DNA of 50,951 nt. It comes from Rickettsiales bacterium (GTDB lineage: Bacteria > Pseudomonadota > Alphaproteobacteria > Rickettsiales > JABIRX01). The position numbers and the translations under genes are program-made. Positions 31,362-42,522 of this stretch are shown piece by piece (the first letter of the stretch is position 1; each line of letters opens with the position of its first letter). The notes below the pieces were generated by a model. That model was not told the origin of the DNA. It ran no database searches and saw only the letters and a program-made list of their open reading frames with translations. The stretch is taken from NCBI GenBank assembly GCA_038120515.1, contig JAYOLW010000008.1, forward strand, positions 15,908 to 66,858. Direction: 5' to 3'.

Positions 31362-34154
31362 TTAGTTAATGGTAGGATCTTGTTGAATTTCAACATTATC
31401 TGACACATCTTGATTCGTTGCATCATGATTTAAATCATCATCTTCCATTGAAGCCAAAACTTCAGTGTCGTCACTTTCACCTTCAGTCTTTTGAATTTTA
31501 CATACAGAAACAACTTTCTCAGCTTTATCAGTTTTAAGTATAGTGACACCCTGAGTATTTCTACCAGCTACTCTAATATCATGTGTACTACACCTAATCA
31601 ACTTGCCCTTGTCTGTCATGATAATGATTTCTTCATCATCAAAAGCAGGAAAAGATGCAACGACCGAACCATTTCTTTCAGAAGTTATTATATTAATTAT
31701 TCCGCTACCACCTCGATTAGTTGAACGGTATTCATAAGAAGAGGTTCTTTTTCCATAACCATTTTCGGTAATAGTTAAAATATACTCTTCTTTTTTAGCC
31801 ATATCATAAACCATTTGCTTTGAAATACCTTCAATTTCAGGAACTTTATCAGCATCAAACGTTTCTAATGAACTAATTAATTTTCTATTATCCAATGGAA
31901 TTGAAAGATATAGATCCTTTTGTTCCCTAGAAGCATTAAGCTCATTTAATATTGTCAATGATATAACCTTATTATCTCCTAAAAGCTTCATAGCCCTAAC
32001 ACCTGAAGATGTTCGACTTTTTATAACACGGAGTTTATCTAAACCAAATCTTATTGATTTACCATGTCTTGAAGCTAATAAAATTTGGCTGGCATCATCA
32101 CAAAATTGAACACCAATTAAACTATCAGAATCATCAAGCCTAATCGCAATTTTTCCACCAGCGTTAATATTTGCAAAATCAGCCATATCACTTCTTCTGA
32201 TATTTCCATTCGCTGTTGCAAATAATAAATTTAAATCTGGCCAAGTAGACGCATCTTTAGGAAGAGGAAGAATATTTGTAATTTTTTCATTTTCAACTAA
32301 AGGCAATATATTTACTAATGCCCGCCCCTTTGCTTGTGGTGAACCTAAAGGCAATTTATAGGTTTTTAACCTATATACTTTTCCAATATTTGAGAAGAAT
32401 AAAACCGGAGTATGAGTAGTTGTTACAAACATATCAACTAAATTATCATCAGCTTTTTGAGACAAAGCATTTCGTCCTTTTCCACCTCTTTTCTGGGCCT
32501 TATATTGATCCAACAAAACTCTTTTAATATAACCTTCAACAGATACAGTAACGACCATATCTTCTTCAGCAATAAGATCTTCAATATCATGCTCCAGCTC
32601 ACTTTCCTCAAAAATTGACCTTCTTGGAGTCGCATAATTATCATTAATCTCAGTTAATTCAGATTTTATGATATCAAGAATCATTTGACGATTTTCTAAA
32701 ATCTTAAGATATTCCTCAATCTTTCCTTTAAGCTCCATCAACTCTTCTTCAAGCTTATCACGCTCAAGTGCGGTTAATCTTGCAAGCTTCATATCCAATA
32801 TTGCATTAACTTGAGTCTCAGTAAGATAACATTTACCATCAGCAATTATGTTATTATCATCAGCAACTAATGCTATAAGATTAGCAGCCTTAGTAGCATC
32901 CCACTTTTCTTTTAATAGATTGATTCTAGCATCCGCTGTATCTTTAGAACTTCTAATAATAGAAATGGCCTTATCAATTGCATCAACTGCTAAAACTAGA
33001 CCAATTAACAAATGTGCTTTAGCTCTTGCTTTATTTAATAAATGTAAAGTTCTTCTTGTAACAACATTTTCTCTAAATTTTACAAAGGCCCTAATAACAT
33101 CTAAAACATTCATAAGCTCTGGTCTACCATCATTTAGAGCTAATAAATTAGTTCCAAAAGATACTTGCATTTGTGAATAACTAAATAGCTGATTTAAAAT
33201 AACCTCTCTATTTGCATCACGCTTAAGCTCAATAACAACCCTTATGCCTTTTTTATTTGATTCATCTCGAAGATCAGAAATACCCTCAATTTTTTTATCT
33301 CTTACCAGCTCAGCTATCTTTTCAATCATTTTAGCTTTATTTACCTGATAAGGAATTTCAGTCACAACAATTGATTCCTTACCAGACTTTAGCTGCTCAA
33401 AATGAGTTTTAGAACGAATAATTACCGAACCTCTACCTGTTGAAACTGAATTTTTTGATCCCGAATGGCCTACTATAATTCCACCAGTTGGAAAATCAGG
33501 ACCTTTAATATATTGATAAATATCTTCGATAGAAATGTTTTCATCGTTAATATAAGCAATAGTTCCATCAATTACTTCACCAAGATTATGAGGAGGAATA
33601 TTGGTTGCCATACCTACCGCAATTCCGCCTGCACCATTAACTAAAATATTAGGATATTTAGCAGGCAAAACTACAGGCTCTTTTAATGAACCGTCATAAT
33701 TTTCCTGAAAATCAACTGTATCTTTCTCAATATCTTCAAGCAGTGAATGCGAAATCTTCTCAAGCCTTGATTCTGTATAACGCATAGCAGCAGGAGAGTC
33801 ACCATCCATAGAACCAAAATTTCCCTGACCATCAATCAAAGGAACACGCATAGAAAAATCTTGCGCCATTCTAACCAAAGCATCATAAATAGCGCTATCA
33901 CCATGAGGGTGATATTTACCCATTACATCTCCAACAATTCTTGCAGATTTTTTATATGGCTTATTGTAATATGAACTAGTTTCAAACATTGAAAATAAAA
34001 TTCTTCTATGCACTGGTTTTAAACCATCACAAACATCAGGAATAGCTCTACTTACAATTACACTCATCGCATAATCTAAGTAAGATTTTTGCATTTCATT
34101 TTCTATTGAAATTTTGACAATATCAGAACTAGGAATTTTATTTTCTTCAGTCAT
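31362..34154 (-). CDS. gyrA: DNA gyrase subunit A
   Basis: [17 protein letters not shown] catalytic Tyr, GyrA-box QKRGGKG, beta-pinwheel repeats and an acidic tail. Confidence 0.98.
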   Translation of the reverse strand: MTEENKIPSSDIVKISIENEMQKSYLDYAMSVIVSRAIPDVCDGLKPVHRRILFSMFETSSYYNKPYKKSARIVGDVMGKYHPHGDSAIYDALVRMAQDFSMRVPLIDGQGNFGSMDGDSPAAMRYTESRLEKISHSLLEDIEKDTVDFQENYDGSLKEPVVLPAKYPNILVNGAGGIAVGMATNIPPHNLGEVIDGTIAYINDENISIEDIYQYIKGPDFPTGGIIVGHSGSKNSVSTGRGSVIIRSKTHFEQLKSGKESIVVTEIPYQVNKAKMIEKIAELVRDKKIEGISDLRDESNKKGIRVVIELKRDANREVILNQLFSYSQMQVSFGTNLLALNDGRPELMNVLDVIRAFVKFRENVVTRRTLHLLNKARAKAHLLIGLVLAVDAIDKAISIIRSSKDTADARINLLKEKWDATKAANLIALVADDNNIIADGKCYLTETQVNAILDMKLARLTALERDKLEEELMELKGKIEEYLKILENRQMILDIIKSELTEINDNYATPRRSIFEESELEHDIEDLIAEEDMVVTVSVEGYIKRVLLDQYKAQKRGGKGRNALSQKADDNLVDMFVTTTHTPVLFFSNIGKVYRLKTYKLPLGSPQAKGRALVNILPLVENEKITNILPLPKDASTWPDLNLLFATANGNIRRSDMADFANINAGGKIAIRLDDSDSLIGVQFCDDASQILLASRHGKSIRFGLDKLRVIKSRTSSGVRAMKLLGDNKVISLTILNELNASREQKDLYLSIPLDNRKLISSLETFDADKVPEIEGISKQMVYDMAKKEEYILTITENGYGKRTSSYEYRSTNRGGSGIINIITSERNGSVVASFPAFDDEEIIIMTDKGKLIRCSTHDIRVAGRNTQGVTILKTDKAEKVVSVCKIQKTEGESDDTEVLASMEDDDLNHDATNQDVSDNVEIQQDPTIN

Positions 34155-34171
34155 GAAACTTTTTTAATAAA

Positions 34172-35281
34172 TTATTCTTTAAAAAGGCTTTTGGGAGCTA
34201 AAACTCTCAAAACATCTTCGCCAAAAGTTTTTACATCAATTAAGCTTAAATTACTACAATTTATTAATTTTTCTGGTGATGAAATTTCAAACGAGTTTTT
34301 AGCTTCAGCCCCTAGCAATTTGTGACCAGTAAAAATATAGTATAAATCAACCAGACCAGCCTCTATAAAACTTGCCGAAAGACATGGACCAGCCTCAACT
34401 AAAATCGAAAAATACTCTCTTTTCAACAAAAAGCTCATCACATCTTTTAACGACAAACCAGCATTATGTTTCATAATTGGCACTAATTCTATATTAGAAA
34501 ATATATTTAAAGCAGCAAGTTTGGCTTCATTTTGTAATGCTGCATCATAAAATATAATAACCTTTTTATGTAAATTAGGCGCAAATAATTTTGCATTAAT
34601 TGGAATATTTAATTTTGAATCTAATATCGCCAAATGCGAATCTTTTTGACTATCAATTCGACAATTAAAAAGTGGATCATCAGCTAAAACAGTTCCTATA
34701 CCTGTCAAGGTAATATCATTAATCCTTCTTAAATATTGACCATATTTTCTAGATGCCTCATTGGTAATCCACTTACTATCTCCATTTTTAAGAGCCATTT
34801 TCATATCCAAACTAGAAGCGCTTTTTAACGAAACTAATATTTTGGTACGATCATATCTTAAAGGCGAGAAACCTTCAAATTCATCCTGATAAACAGGTAG
34901 ATGTATACATTCGATACCATTCTCCATAAGCAGCTTTATTCCCTTGCCATTAACCAAAGGATTAGGATCAAGATAACTATAGAATACTCTCTTGATACCG
35001 CTATCAATAATTAATTTAGCACAAGCAGGATTTTTACCGATATGCGAACATGGCTCCAATGTAACATACATGTCAACATTTGCTAAATCCTTAATTTTAC
35101 AATTCTCAAGAGCTAAAAACTCAGCATGAGAACCACCATTTTTGCTAGTAACTGCTCGACTTATTATCCTACCATCTTTGACCAGAAGGGCTGCCACAGA
35201 GGGATTTGGATAAGTTAAACCCAAATTATTAAAAGCAAGATTAAATGCTATTTTCTGAAAAAAAGCGTTACTTTGAAGCAT
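34172..35281 (-). CDS. ribD: Bifunctional riboflavin deaminase/reductase
   Basis: PNPSV, HAE, TLEPCSH...PAC, SKWIT, DDPLFNCR and VEAG. Confidence 0.95.
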   Translation of the reverse strand: MLQSNAFFQKIAFNLAFNNLGLTYPNPSVAALLVKDGRIISRAVTSKNGGSHAEFLALENCKIKDLANVDMYVTLEPCSHIGKNPACAKLIIDSGIKRVFYSYLDPNPLVNGKGIKLLMENGIECIHLPVYQDEFEGFSPLRYDRTKILVSLKSASSLDMKMALKNGDSKWITNEASRKYGQYLRRINDITLTGIGTVLADDPLFNCRIDSQKDSHLAILDSKLNIPINAKLFAPNLHKKVIIFYDAALQNEAKLAALNIFSNIELVPIMKHNAGLSLKDVMSFLLKREYFSILVEAGPCLSASFIEAGLVDLYYIFTGHKLLGAEAKNSFEISSPEKLINCSNLSLIDVKTFGEDVLRVLAPKSLFKE

Positions 35282-35311
35282 TATAAATAATCAATCACAA
35301 AAACAAATTTG

Positions 35312-35761
35312 TTAAGCCGCAAGATTCTTAACAAAACTTTGGAAATCTTCTGTGTTAGTAAAATTTTTATAAACTGACGCAAATCTTACATAGGCAACCT
35401 GATCAAGATTGTGCAGATACTCCAATACAAGGTCACCAATATCAGAAGAGTTAATACTAGAATCAGATCTTTCAGAAATTGTATTATAAATATTGTTTAT
35501 CAAACGCTCAAGCTCTTCACTAGAAACATTTCGTTTTCTTACAGACATTTTAATCGCAGAACGCAATTTGTTAATATCAAAAAACTCAGTTTCACCAGAT
35601 TTCTTTACAACAACAATTTCTTTTGCTTCTATTCTTTCAAATGTTGTAAACCTTGCTTCACATGAATTACAAACACGACGTCTCTTAATGGACTTCCCAT
35701 CATCAACAACCCTTGAATCTTTTACATTAGTTTCTTCATTACTACAAAAAGGGCAAAACAT
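35312..35761 (-). CDS. nrdR: Transcriptional repressor NrdR
   Basis: CPFC...VKDSR...RRRVC..C.ARFTTFE zinc ribbon, ATP cone and VAYVRFASVY. Confidence 0.97.
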   Translation of the reverse strand: MFCPFCSNEETNVKDSRVVDDGKSIKRRRVCNSCEARFTTFERIEAKEIVVVKKSGETEFFDINKLRSAIKMSVRKRNVSSEELERLINNIYNTISERSDSSINSSDIGDLVLEYLHNLDQVAYVRFASVYKNFTNTEDFQSFVKNLAA

Positions 35762-35771
35762 AATATATTAA

Positions 35772-37079
35772 TTAAGAAATTGGAAACTTAACACAAAGCT
35801 CACTTACTTCTGATTTTACTTTAGCAACAACTTCAGATATTTTAGCATCATCTCTTAATGATATTGCATCTAAGACATCTCCTATCAGATTACCAACTTT
35901 CTGAAATTCTGAAACCCCAAATCCTCTAGTTGTTCCAGCCGGAGTACCAAGCCTAATGCCAGAAGTAACAAAAGGACTTTTTGGATCATTTGGAATTGCA
36001 TTTTTATTACAAGTCAAACCAGCATCTTCTAGAATCGCCTCAACTTCTTTTCCCGTTAAATCTTTTGGCGTCAAATCAACTAAAACAATATGAGTATCTG
36101 TTCCACCAGAAACTATATTAAGCCCTCTATTTTTTAAAGTCTCAGCTAAAATTTTAGCATTCTCTATTACAGAATTAACATATCCTTTAAAATCATCACT
36201 TAATGCTTCTTTAAAACAAACCGCCTTTCCAGCTATTACATGCATCAAAGGACCCCCCTGAATTCCTGGAAAAATAGCTGAATTAATTTTTTTACCAATC
36301 TCTAAGTCATTTGAAAGAATAATACCACCTCTTGGACCTCTTAAAGTTTTGTGAGTAGTAGAAGTTACAACATCTGCGTATGGTAAAGGCGATGGATAAA
36401 CGCCACCAGCAACCAAACCTGCAATATGAGCCATATCAACGAGCAAATACGCACCTACTTTATCAGCAATCTCTCTAAATTTAGCCCAATCAACAATTCT
36501 TGAATATGCAGAAATACCAGCAATAATCATTTTTGGTTTATGCTCAAAGGCTAAAGCCTCTACTTCATTATAATCAATTAAATTAGTATCATTTGTCACA
36601 GAATATTGAATAGCATTAAACCACTTACCTGATTGATTAGGCGCAGCTCCATGCGTCAAATGACCACCAGAAGCCAATGACAAACCTAAAATCGTATCAC
36701 CAGGATTTAGTAAGGCAGTAAACACACCTTGATTAGCTTGTGAACCGGAATTTGGCTGTACATTTGCATAAGTACAATTAAAAAGCTTTTTAACTCTTTC
36801 AATAGCTAGAGTTTCAACAACATCAGCAAATTCACAACCACCATAATATCTTTTACCTGGATAACCTTCAGCGTATTTATTAGTAAGAATACTTCCTTGA
36901 GCCTCAATAACAGCCTTAGAAGTAATATTTTCAGAAGCAATTAATTCAATTTGAGATTGCTGTCTAATAAATTCGTTATCTATCGCATTTTGAATCTCTG
37001 GATCAATAACTGACAAACCTGGATAACTGGATGAATACATTGACTTTTCCTCTACAACATTAACTTTTTTTGAAAACAT
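35772..37079 (-). CDS. glyA: Serine hydroxymethyltransferase
   Basis: [29 protein letters not shown] and [15 protein letters not shown] lysine; exact start uncertain. Confidence 0.98.
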   Translation of the reverse strand: MFSKKVNVVEEKSMYSSSYPGLSVIDPEIQNAIDNEFIRQQSQIELIASENITSKAVIEAQGSILTNKYAEGYPGKRYYGGCEFADVVETLAIERVKKLFNCTYANVQPNSGSQANQGVFTALLNPGDTILGLSLASGGHLTHGAAPNQSGKWFNAIQYSVTNDTNLIDYNEVEALAFEHKPKMIIAGISAYSRIVDWAKFREIADKVGAYLLVDMAHIAGLVAGGVYPSPLPYADVVTSTTHKTLRGPRGGIILSNDLEIGKKINSAIFPGIQGGPLMHVIAGKAVCFKEALSDDFKGYVNSVIENAKILAETLKNRGLNIVSGGTDTHIVLVDLTPKDLTGKEVEAILEDAGLTCNKNAIPNDPKSPFVTSGIRLGTPAGTTRGFGVSEFQKVGNLIGDVLDAISLRDDAKISEVVAKVKSEVSELCVKFPIS

Positions 37080-37091
37080 AAAACTGATTTA

Positions 37092-37319
37092 TTACTTTGA
37101 ATTAGATTTTTCGAACTTAACAATAAGTTTCTTTATATCATCTATAATTTCTATGACATTAATAATATAATTTTCAAGATTTAGATTTAACTCAATTATA
37201 TTATCATTACTTACATTACTTAAATCAAACTCAACCAATGATTTTACTATTACGTTATGATCTTCATCCTCAATTTTTGAGAATTTATCGCAAATTTTCT
37301 TAATCAAATAATCAGACAT
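37092..37319 (-). CDS. Small hypothetical protein (75 aa)
   Basis: ATG preceded by AGAGAG on the minus strand, co-oriented, stop 12 nt before glyA; predicted helical; no recognised motif. Confidence 0.5.
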   Translation of the reverse strand: MSDYLIKKICDKFSKIEDEDHNVIVKSLVEFDLSNVSNDNIIELNLNLENYIINVIEIIDDIKKLIVKFEKSNSK

Positions 37320-37449
37320 CTACTCTCTTTAAAATTATTACATAGAAAAATTAAACTATAACTAGAGAACAAGCAAGAAAAAACAACAAAATCATTCAAA
37401 TTTATTGCAAAAAAATCACTTTTTTTAACAAATCTGACAAATTTATTTT

Positions 37450-37881
37450 TCAACAACCTAATTTATCAATTCTTTTTTGATGCCTTCCAGAGAGAAATTC
37501 TGTCGAAAAAAAAGTTTTTACTACTTCAAAAGCCTGATCATCATTAAGAAATCTTGCAGCAAGAACTAAAACATTAGCATTATTATGCTGCCTTGCTAGC
37601 ATCGCTCTTGCTTTATCTTCACATAAGGCTGCTCTAATATGAGAATATCTATTTGCAGCTATTGAAATACCAATACCAGAACCACATATCAAAATACCAA
37701 AACTGTCAGAACCATCCATCAAATCCGCAACATTTTTTGCAAAATCAGGATAATCAACAGAATCAGTAGAGTTAGTTCCACAATCTACAATATCAAAACC
37801 AGTCATAACATTAAGCAAATGAGACTTTAGATTGTAACCAGCATGATCTGAAGCAATATATATTTTTTTAATTTTAGGCAT
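37450..37881 (-). CDS. rpiB: Ribose-5-phosphate isomerase B
   Basis: IASDHAG, VDYPD, ICGSGIG, ARQHNNAN and GRHQKRI. ATG at 37881 preferred over the TTG at 37899. Confidence 0.96.
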   Translation of the reverse strand: MPKIKKIYIASDHAGYNLKSHLLNVMTGFDIVDCGTNSTDSVDYPDFAKNVADLMDGSDSFGILICGSGIGISIAANRYSHIRAALCEDKARAMLARQHNNANVLVLAARFLNDDQAFEVVKTFFSTEFLSGRHQKRIDKLGC

Positions 37882-37956
37882 ATTCTTAATAACGGCCAAA
37901 TCTTATACATTAAAGTGTTTATAATTACAATTTATAAAGACAAATTTGTCAAAAAA

Positions 37957-39483
37957 TCAATTATCAAATCTTGCCAAATCATCTAAATTTGCATATCTAA
38001 CAATTTGATCAAAACTTTCATTAAACCCTTTATATTTTGTTAAAACTGAATCAATAAACTTATAATCTGTAGTAATAGACTGACTATCAAATCCTGATTC
38101 GAGATTATTATAAGTAGGTAAGTTAGAATCTTTGACACCACTTTTAGCATAAGCACCATTTCCAGAAGGTCCAAAAGAAATTATGGCAAATATACCTTCA
38201 TTCTCAATTAGAGAACTATCAACATCCTTTATCGACATATATCCAGAATCAGAAACACTAACACCAAGATAAGCATAACCATTTTTCCATTTATTATTCA
38301 AATAGTCATGCATCGCTGAAAGCTCTCCTGATGTAAAAGCTTTTTCATATACCACAACCTCATAAATATTGCCTAAAACATAGCTTGAAGCAGCATTTAC
38401 CGCCCCACCTGCAGACCCAGCCTCAGAACCAACGCCAATATAACCATATCTAACCATTCCAGATCCCAACCCACCAGATAGCAAAGAGGTAGTGTTTGAT
38501 GCTTTTAAAACACCATCTAAATAAATACTCTTATTTTGCTCATCTTTACTATATCTTACGGTGTAGATATGAATATTTCCATCTCGATATCCAGATGAAC
38601 TATAGTATAAATATAGATTTGGATCTCCAGTTTTAAACTCAAATCTATTATTTGAATCCATTGCAGATCGCCAATATTCACCACCATCATATGACACAAA
38701 TATCTGCTTATTACCAGATGATGTCTTATAAACTACAAAAGCAGTTAAATATGGTATTTGATGATATCCATTATAATATTTTGTATTTATAAATAATCTA
38801 TCATTTGAACCATCAAATTTAATAGCAGGATAATTGCCATCAAGAATATATTGTGGCCTATATGATGAAGTATTTTGGATAAAATCATAATTATTATCAC
38901 CCTTATCCTCAATTCTCGAGACAAAATTAGAGGCATCTTTTGTTATTAATGATGAATCATTAGCATCAAGCCAAAATAACAAATTTGAATAATTTGATGG
39001 AGTGCTATAAAAAGCCTGATTAGCTGTTACTTGAGCATCATAAATCACTTTAGGAATTACAATTGAGAGCTTATTCCCCCAAGCATCAAGCATATATTCA
39101 TAAGAAAGTCCAAGCTCATTAGTAGGAACAGCACCAACATAAAAATATCCATCACTACTAATAATAGAGATATCGCATTCACTATTATTGCCATTAATAT
39201 CCAGACTGTCACCTGCATCCCTTAATTTAATGTTTAAAGATGGATCAGCAGGACATGGGAAAAATCCATTTTTTTTATAATAAGCCAAAAGAGCTGTTTC
39301 AATTAATTCAATTTTATTTTCAGTTGCTAAATATTTATCCTCATTTTCACTAAATTCAGAAAGATAAATGCCTCCAACTACAAAAATTGAACCTGCTGTT
39401 AAAATAATTGAAAGCTCAACTAAAGAAAAAGCCCTTTTAAGCCTAGATGATATAAAAAAATTCAATAATTTTACAAATCTCAA
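37957..39483 (-). CDS. Large type IV pilin-like protein with inserted LamG/ConA-like domain
   Basis: Class III signal KRA|FSLVELSII; PCP and DAWG motifs; insert LLFWLDAND...PAIKFDGSND...GNIYEVVVY...YLNNKW; C-terminal IISFGPSGNGAY. Confidence 0.82.
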   Translation of the reverse strand: MRFVKLLNFFISSRLKRAFSLVELSIILTAGSIFVVGGIYLSEFSENEDKYLATENKIELIETALLAYYKKNGFFPCPADPSLNIKLRDAGDSLDINGNNSECDISIISSDGYFYVGAVPTNELGLSYEYMLDAWGNKLSIVIPKVIYDAQVTANQAFYSTPSNYSNLLFWLDANDSSLITKDASNFVSRIEDKGDNNYDFIQNTSSYRPQYILDGNYPAIKFDGSNDRLFINTKYYNGYHQIPYLTAFVVYKTSSGNKQIFVSYDGGEYWRSAMDSNNRFEFKTGDPNLYLYYSSSGYRDGNIHIYTVRYSKDEQNKSIYLDGVLKASNTTSLLSGGLGSGMVRYGYIGVGSEAGSAGGAVNAASSYVLGNIYEVVVYEKAFTSGELSAMHDYLNNKWKNGYAYLGVSVSDSGYMSIKDVDSSLIENEGIFAIISFGPSGNGAYAKSGVKDSNLPTYNNLESGFDSQSITTDYKFIDSVLTKYKGFNESFDQIVRYANLDDLARFDN

Positions 39484-40751
39484 AATAAACTTCCTAATAA
39501 AATACTGTAATCAGTACTATTGTTATAGACAGAACATGCAACCGAAATATCTTCACAATCAAAATTTAATTTATTAGAAACAAAACCATTATCAAGCTTA
39601 AACTCCTTTTCAACTAATTCACCCTTAACAATTAACTTTCCATTTAAGTTATAACTATAATAACGATTAGATAAATTACTTAAGATCATAAAATCAGGAA
39701 ATTTAAAATTGTCATTATTCGAAATCTCAATATCCTGTGAAATTAACAAATTTGGCTGATCAAAATACTTATTAACAAGGCTTAAATCTGCTTTATTCAA
39801 AAAAACAAGATTGTTAACTCTAAAACTATCAGAAGCAGAAATATTTAATTTTTTATCTGAAAATGATATTGGGATAGCTAATACATTTGAAAAATTCACC
39901 GCTAAAATTAGACTATTATCCTCAAAATCATATTCAAAGCCAATATAATTTGAGTAACCACAATTAGCTGATATTGAATCAAAAATCTCAATTCCAATTA
40001 AAAAATCAAATTTGCATTCACCATTAATATATTCAAACTCTATTTTTATATCCTCAATTGCGAAACTTATTTTATCGTTGTTATCAAAACTGAAATCCAT
40101 TAATAAATAATCATGATCATTATTAAGAGCTATATTTAAATTAGTTCCAGTAACCGCTTTTTTATTATCCATTTCAGAATACTGAAAATCATTATTTAAA
40201 TTAATGATTTTTTCACCACTACCTTTCTCAATCAGCCATTGTGAACTTGTAACAGCCTCCGCATCAGGAACGAACCAAATAATAGATTTTAATTTATGCT
40301 GAATAAATTCTATAGAAACAAATTGATTATCAAGACTAACTAACTCTTTCCTAACAAAATAAAAATATTTACTACCAAATTCATCAGTTTGAAAATCATA
40401 ATTTAACTTTAAATTTTTGATTGGAATAGCTCCAAGGTAATATTCATCACTTAGTGACTTTTTCAAACCATAATATGGCATACATTCATTAAAATACCTA
40501 GCTTCTTTATAACTGATTTCTTGATAAAGATTTTCCTCAGGAAAAGATGGACAGGGCAGGTATTTATTTTGAAACCAGAATGCCAAAAGATGGTTGTTTA
40601 CAATTTGCATTTCTGCTTCAGTTTTAAGTATCTTTTGCTTTCTGGAAAGCCCAGATTCATAAACACAGAAACCAATAACTACAGAAGAAATCAACAGATT
40701 TAACAATGCTACTTCAATAAGCGAAAAGGCCCGATTTAGGACCAAAGACAC
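39480..40751 (-). CDS. Large divergent type IV pilin-like protein with beta-rich insert
   Basis: NRA|FSLIEVAL, YLPCP, YLGAIP and DEFG motifs; overlaps the next gene by 4 nt. Confidence 0.75.
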   Translation of the reverse strand: MSLVLNRAFSLIEVALLNLLISSVVIGFCVYESGLSRKQKILKTEAEMQIVNNHLLAFWFQNKYLPCPSFPEENLYQEISYKEARYFNECMPYYGLKKSLSDEYYLGAIPIKNLKLNYDFQTDEFGSKYFYFVRKELVSLDNQFVSIEFIQHKLKSIIWFVPDAEAVTSSQWLIEKGSGEKIINLNNDFQYSEMDNKKAVTGTNLNIALNNDHDYLLMDFSFDNNDKISFAIEDIKIEFEYINGECKFDFLIGIEIFDSISANCGYSNYIGFEYDFEDNSLILAVNFSNVLAIPISFSDKKLNISASDSFRVNNLVFLNKADLSLVNKYFDQPNLLISQDIEISNNDNFKFPDFMILSNLSNRYYSYNLNGKLIVKGELVEKEFKLDNGFVSNKLNFDCEDISVACSVYNNSTDYSILLGSLF

Positions 40752-40754
40752 TAT

Positions 40755-41573
40755 CTAAAAACACATATCATTAAACTTCTCAACACCTGTTGAACAATTA
40801 CATTCTGAACTTGGATATCTTTTTATTGATTCAAGATCATCTAAATCATTCATCAAATGCCATTTACTCTTAAAACGCAAAATATCATCCATCAAAGCTG
40901 GCCGAAAATAATTATATACAAACTCATTATCACTATCAGAATTTTCAATTTCATCAACTGAAGCATTTGCAGTACTAACCTGACCTCCTGATTTAGTATA
41001 AGCCCCATAACCATTCTTGCCATGAGAAATAATAACATATGCATTTTTTTGATATTCATAAACCGCTAAGGCAGAATTAGGTTTATTATATACCACAGGT
41101 AAATTATCTTCATTTGCATAAAAACCAGAATTTATATCAACACCATTTTTGCAAATTAAATCACTTGAAACATAATATGTTAAACGCCTATCAAATCCAT
41201 CATAGATATATTCAGCAGGAAGACCTAATGTTATAGCTGGAATAGAACCTTTATAGCCAACTACTAGCCCCCCAACCTCATAAGCCTCAGCGTTAATACA
41301 AGTTTCAGTAACACTTGAAGAATCACAAGAGTCACCATCCTCACCATAACCAGCAGAATCTGAAGAAATAGTTTGCCCAGAAGGACAAGGCAACCCCCTA
41401 TTTTCATTTAAATATCTAAGTAGTGACTTTTCAATCACATCTAGACGTTCAAAAGTTGTTTTTAAACGATTAACTTTCAAAAAGCTGTCTAATACAGCAG
41501 TAAAAGTAAAAGCAATAAATCCCATTATCACAAGTACAATTGATAATTCTAGTAAACTATAGGCTTTTTTCAT
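40755..41573 (-). CDS. Type IV pilin-like protein (272 aa)
   Basis: KKA|YSLLELSIVLVI, GLPCP, GSIPAITLGL, IISHGKNGYGAY and a Cys-rich C-terminus. Confidence 0.85.
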   Translation of the reverse strand: MKKAYSLLELSIVLVIMGFIAFTFTAVLDSFLKVNRLKTTFERLDVIEKSLLRYLNENRGLPCPSGQTISSDSAGYGEDGDSCDSSSVTETCINAEAYEVGGLVVGYKGSIPAITLGLPAEYIYDGFDRRLTYYVSSDLICKNGVDINSGFYANEDNLPVVYNKPNSALAVYEYQKNAYVIISHGKNGYGAYTKSGGQVSTANASVDEIENSDSDNEFVYNYFRPALMDDILRFKSKWHLMNDLDDLESIKRYPSSECNCSTGVEKFNDMCF

Positions 41574-42386
41574 CTATCTAAAAATACAAGAAGCATCAGA
41601 AATTTTCACAACATCATTGCAAGAAGGTGACAAAGATTGAAGTGTAGCACATTGAGCAGATGAATAAATAGTACCACCTGAAAGCTCTGCGAAAAATTGA
41701 AGTAATGTTTTATTTGCGACAATATCATCATAGCCAGAAGATCTTGGCATATCCTGAATATTTGCAATATCAAGCGATGCTAAAATGTTATTTAGCTCAT
41801 ATGTACCAGCATTTGCAGAGTCTAACAAAGCTCCATTTTTACTATATGCTCCATAACCATTCTTGCCATAACTGATAATATAAAACAAAGATGATGTATA
41901 ATCCTCCACGGCAATATCAACATTATTTGTTTTAAAAATATCTTTATTGACCAAATAAAGTAACCTCCGACCCCAACTATCAAAAGCATAATCATCTGAA
42001 AGACCAAGCGTTCTAACAGGAATCATACCATAATAATAATTATCAAGAGTAGATGTATCTGTAGTATACAAGCCCAAACAATTACCACCAGCATCCTGAT
42101 AAACGGAATTGCTAATGCCAAAATCAGAGCTAGTAATCGCAGCATTTATATCAGCTGGACAAGGTAATGCGTTTCCAGACAATAAAGAACTATCTTTAGA
42201 ATATCTAATAATGTTTGCTATTAACGCCTGCTCAATTTTTGTAATTTTAGCTTTGGTATCATCATAAAAATTAGCATCATATCTAATATCAGTAATCATT
42301 ATTGTCATCATGACAATTAAACTTAAAATGGAAATAGCAATGGCCTGTTCAAGCAAAGTATATGCTCTTACGAAATTCTTCATCAT
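41574..42386 (-). CDS. Type IV pilin-like protein (270 aa)
   Basis: VRA|YTLLEQAI, ALPCPAD, GMIPVRTLGL, DSWG, IISYGKNGYGAY and a Cys-rich C-terminus. Confidence 0.83.
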   Translation of the reverse strand: MMKNFVRAYTLLEQAIAISILSLIVMMTIMITDIRYDANFYDDTKAKITKIEQALIANIIRYSKDSSLLSGNALPCPADINAAITSSDFGISNSVYQDAGGNCLGLYTTDTSTLDNYYYGMIPVRTLGLSDDYAFDSWGRRLLYLVNKDIFKTNNVDIAVEDYTSSLFYIISYGKNGYGAYSKNGALLDSANAGTYELNNILASLDIANIQDMPRSSGYDDIVANKTLLQFFAELSGGTIYSSAQCATLQSLSPSCNDVVKISDASCIFR

Positions 42387-42522
42387 AAAGACAAATGTAA
42401 TAATTTAAAAATTGTGCAAAATTTGGCCTGTTCCACCTTTTAATAAATTTTAGCGTAATTATATCAAGCAAAATAATTTTTATTGATTATCTTTATTTTA
42501 AAAATTCAACATAAGAATCATC

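Noticed and set aside
33880-33915. Quinolone-resistance substitution in GyrA
   Set aside because: [11 protein letters not shown] retains the Ser83 and Asp87 equivalents.
42387-42522. CtrA box (TTAA-N7-TTAA) controlling the pilus locus
   Set aside because: No full-spacing match found by eye here or upstream of the secretin; half sites are uninformative in AT-rich DNA.
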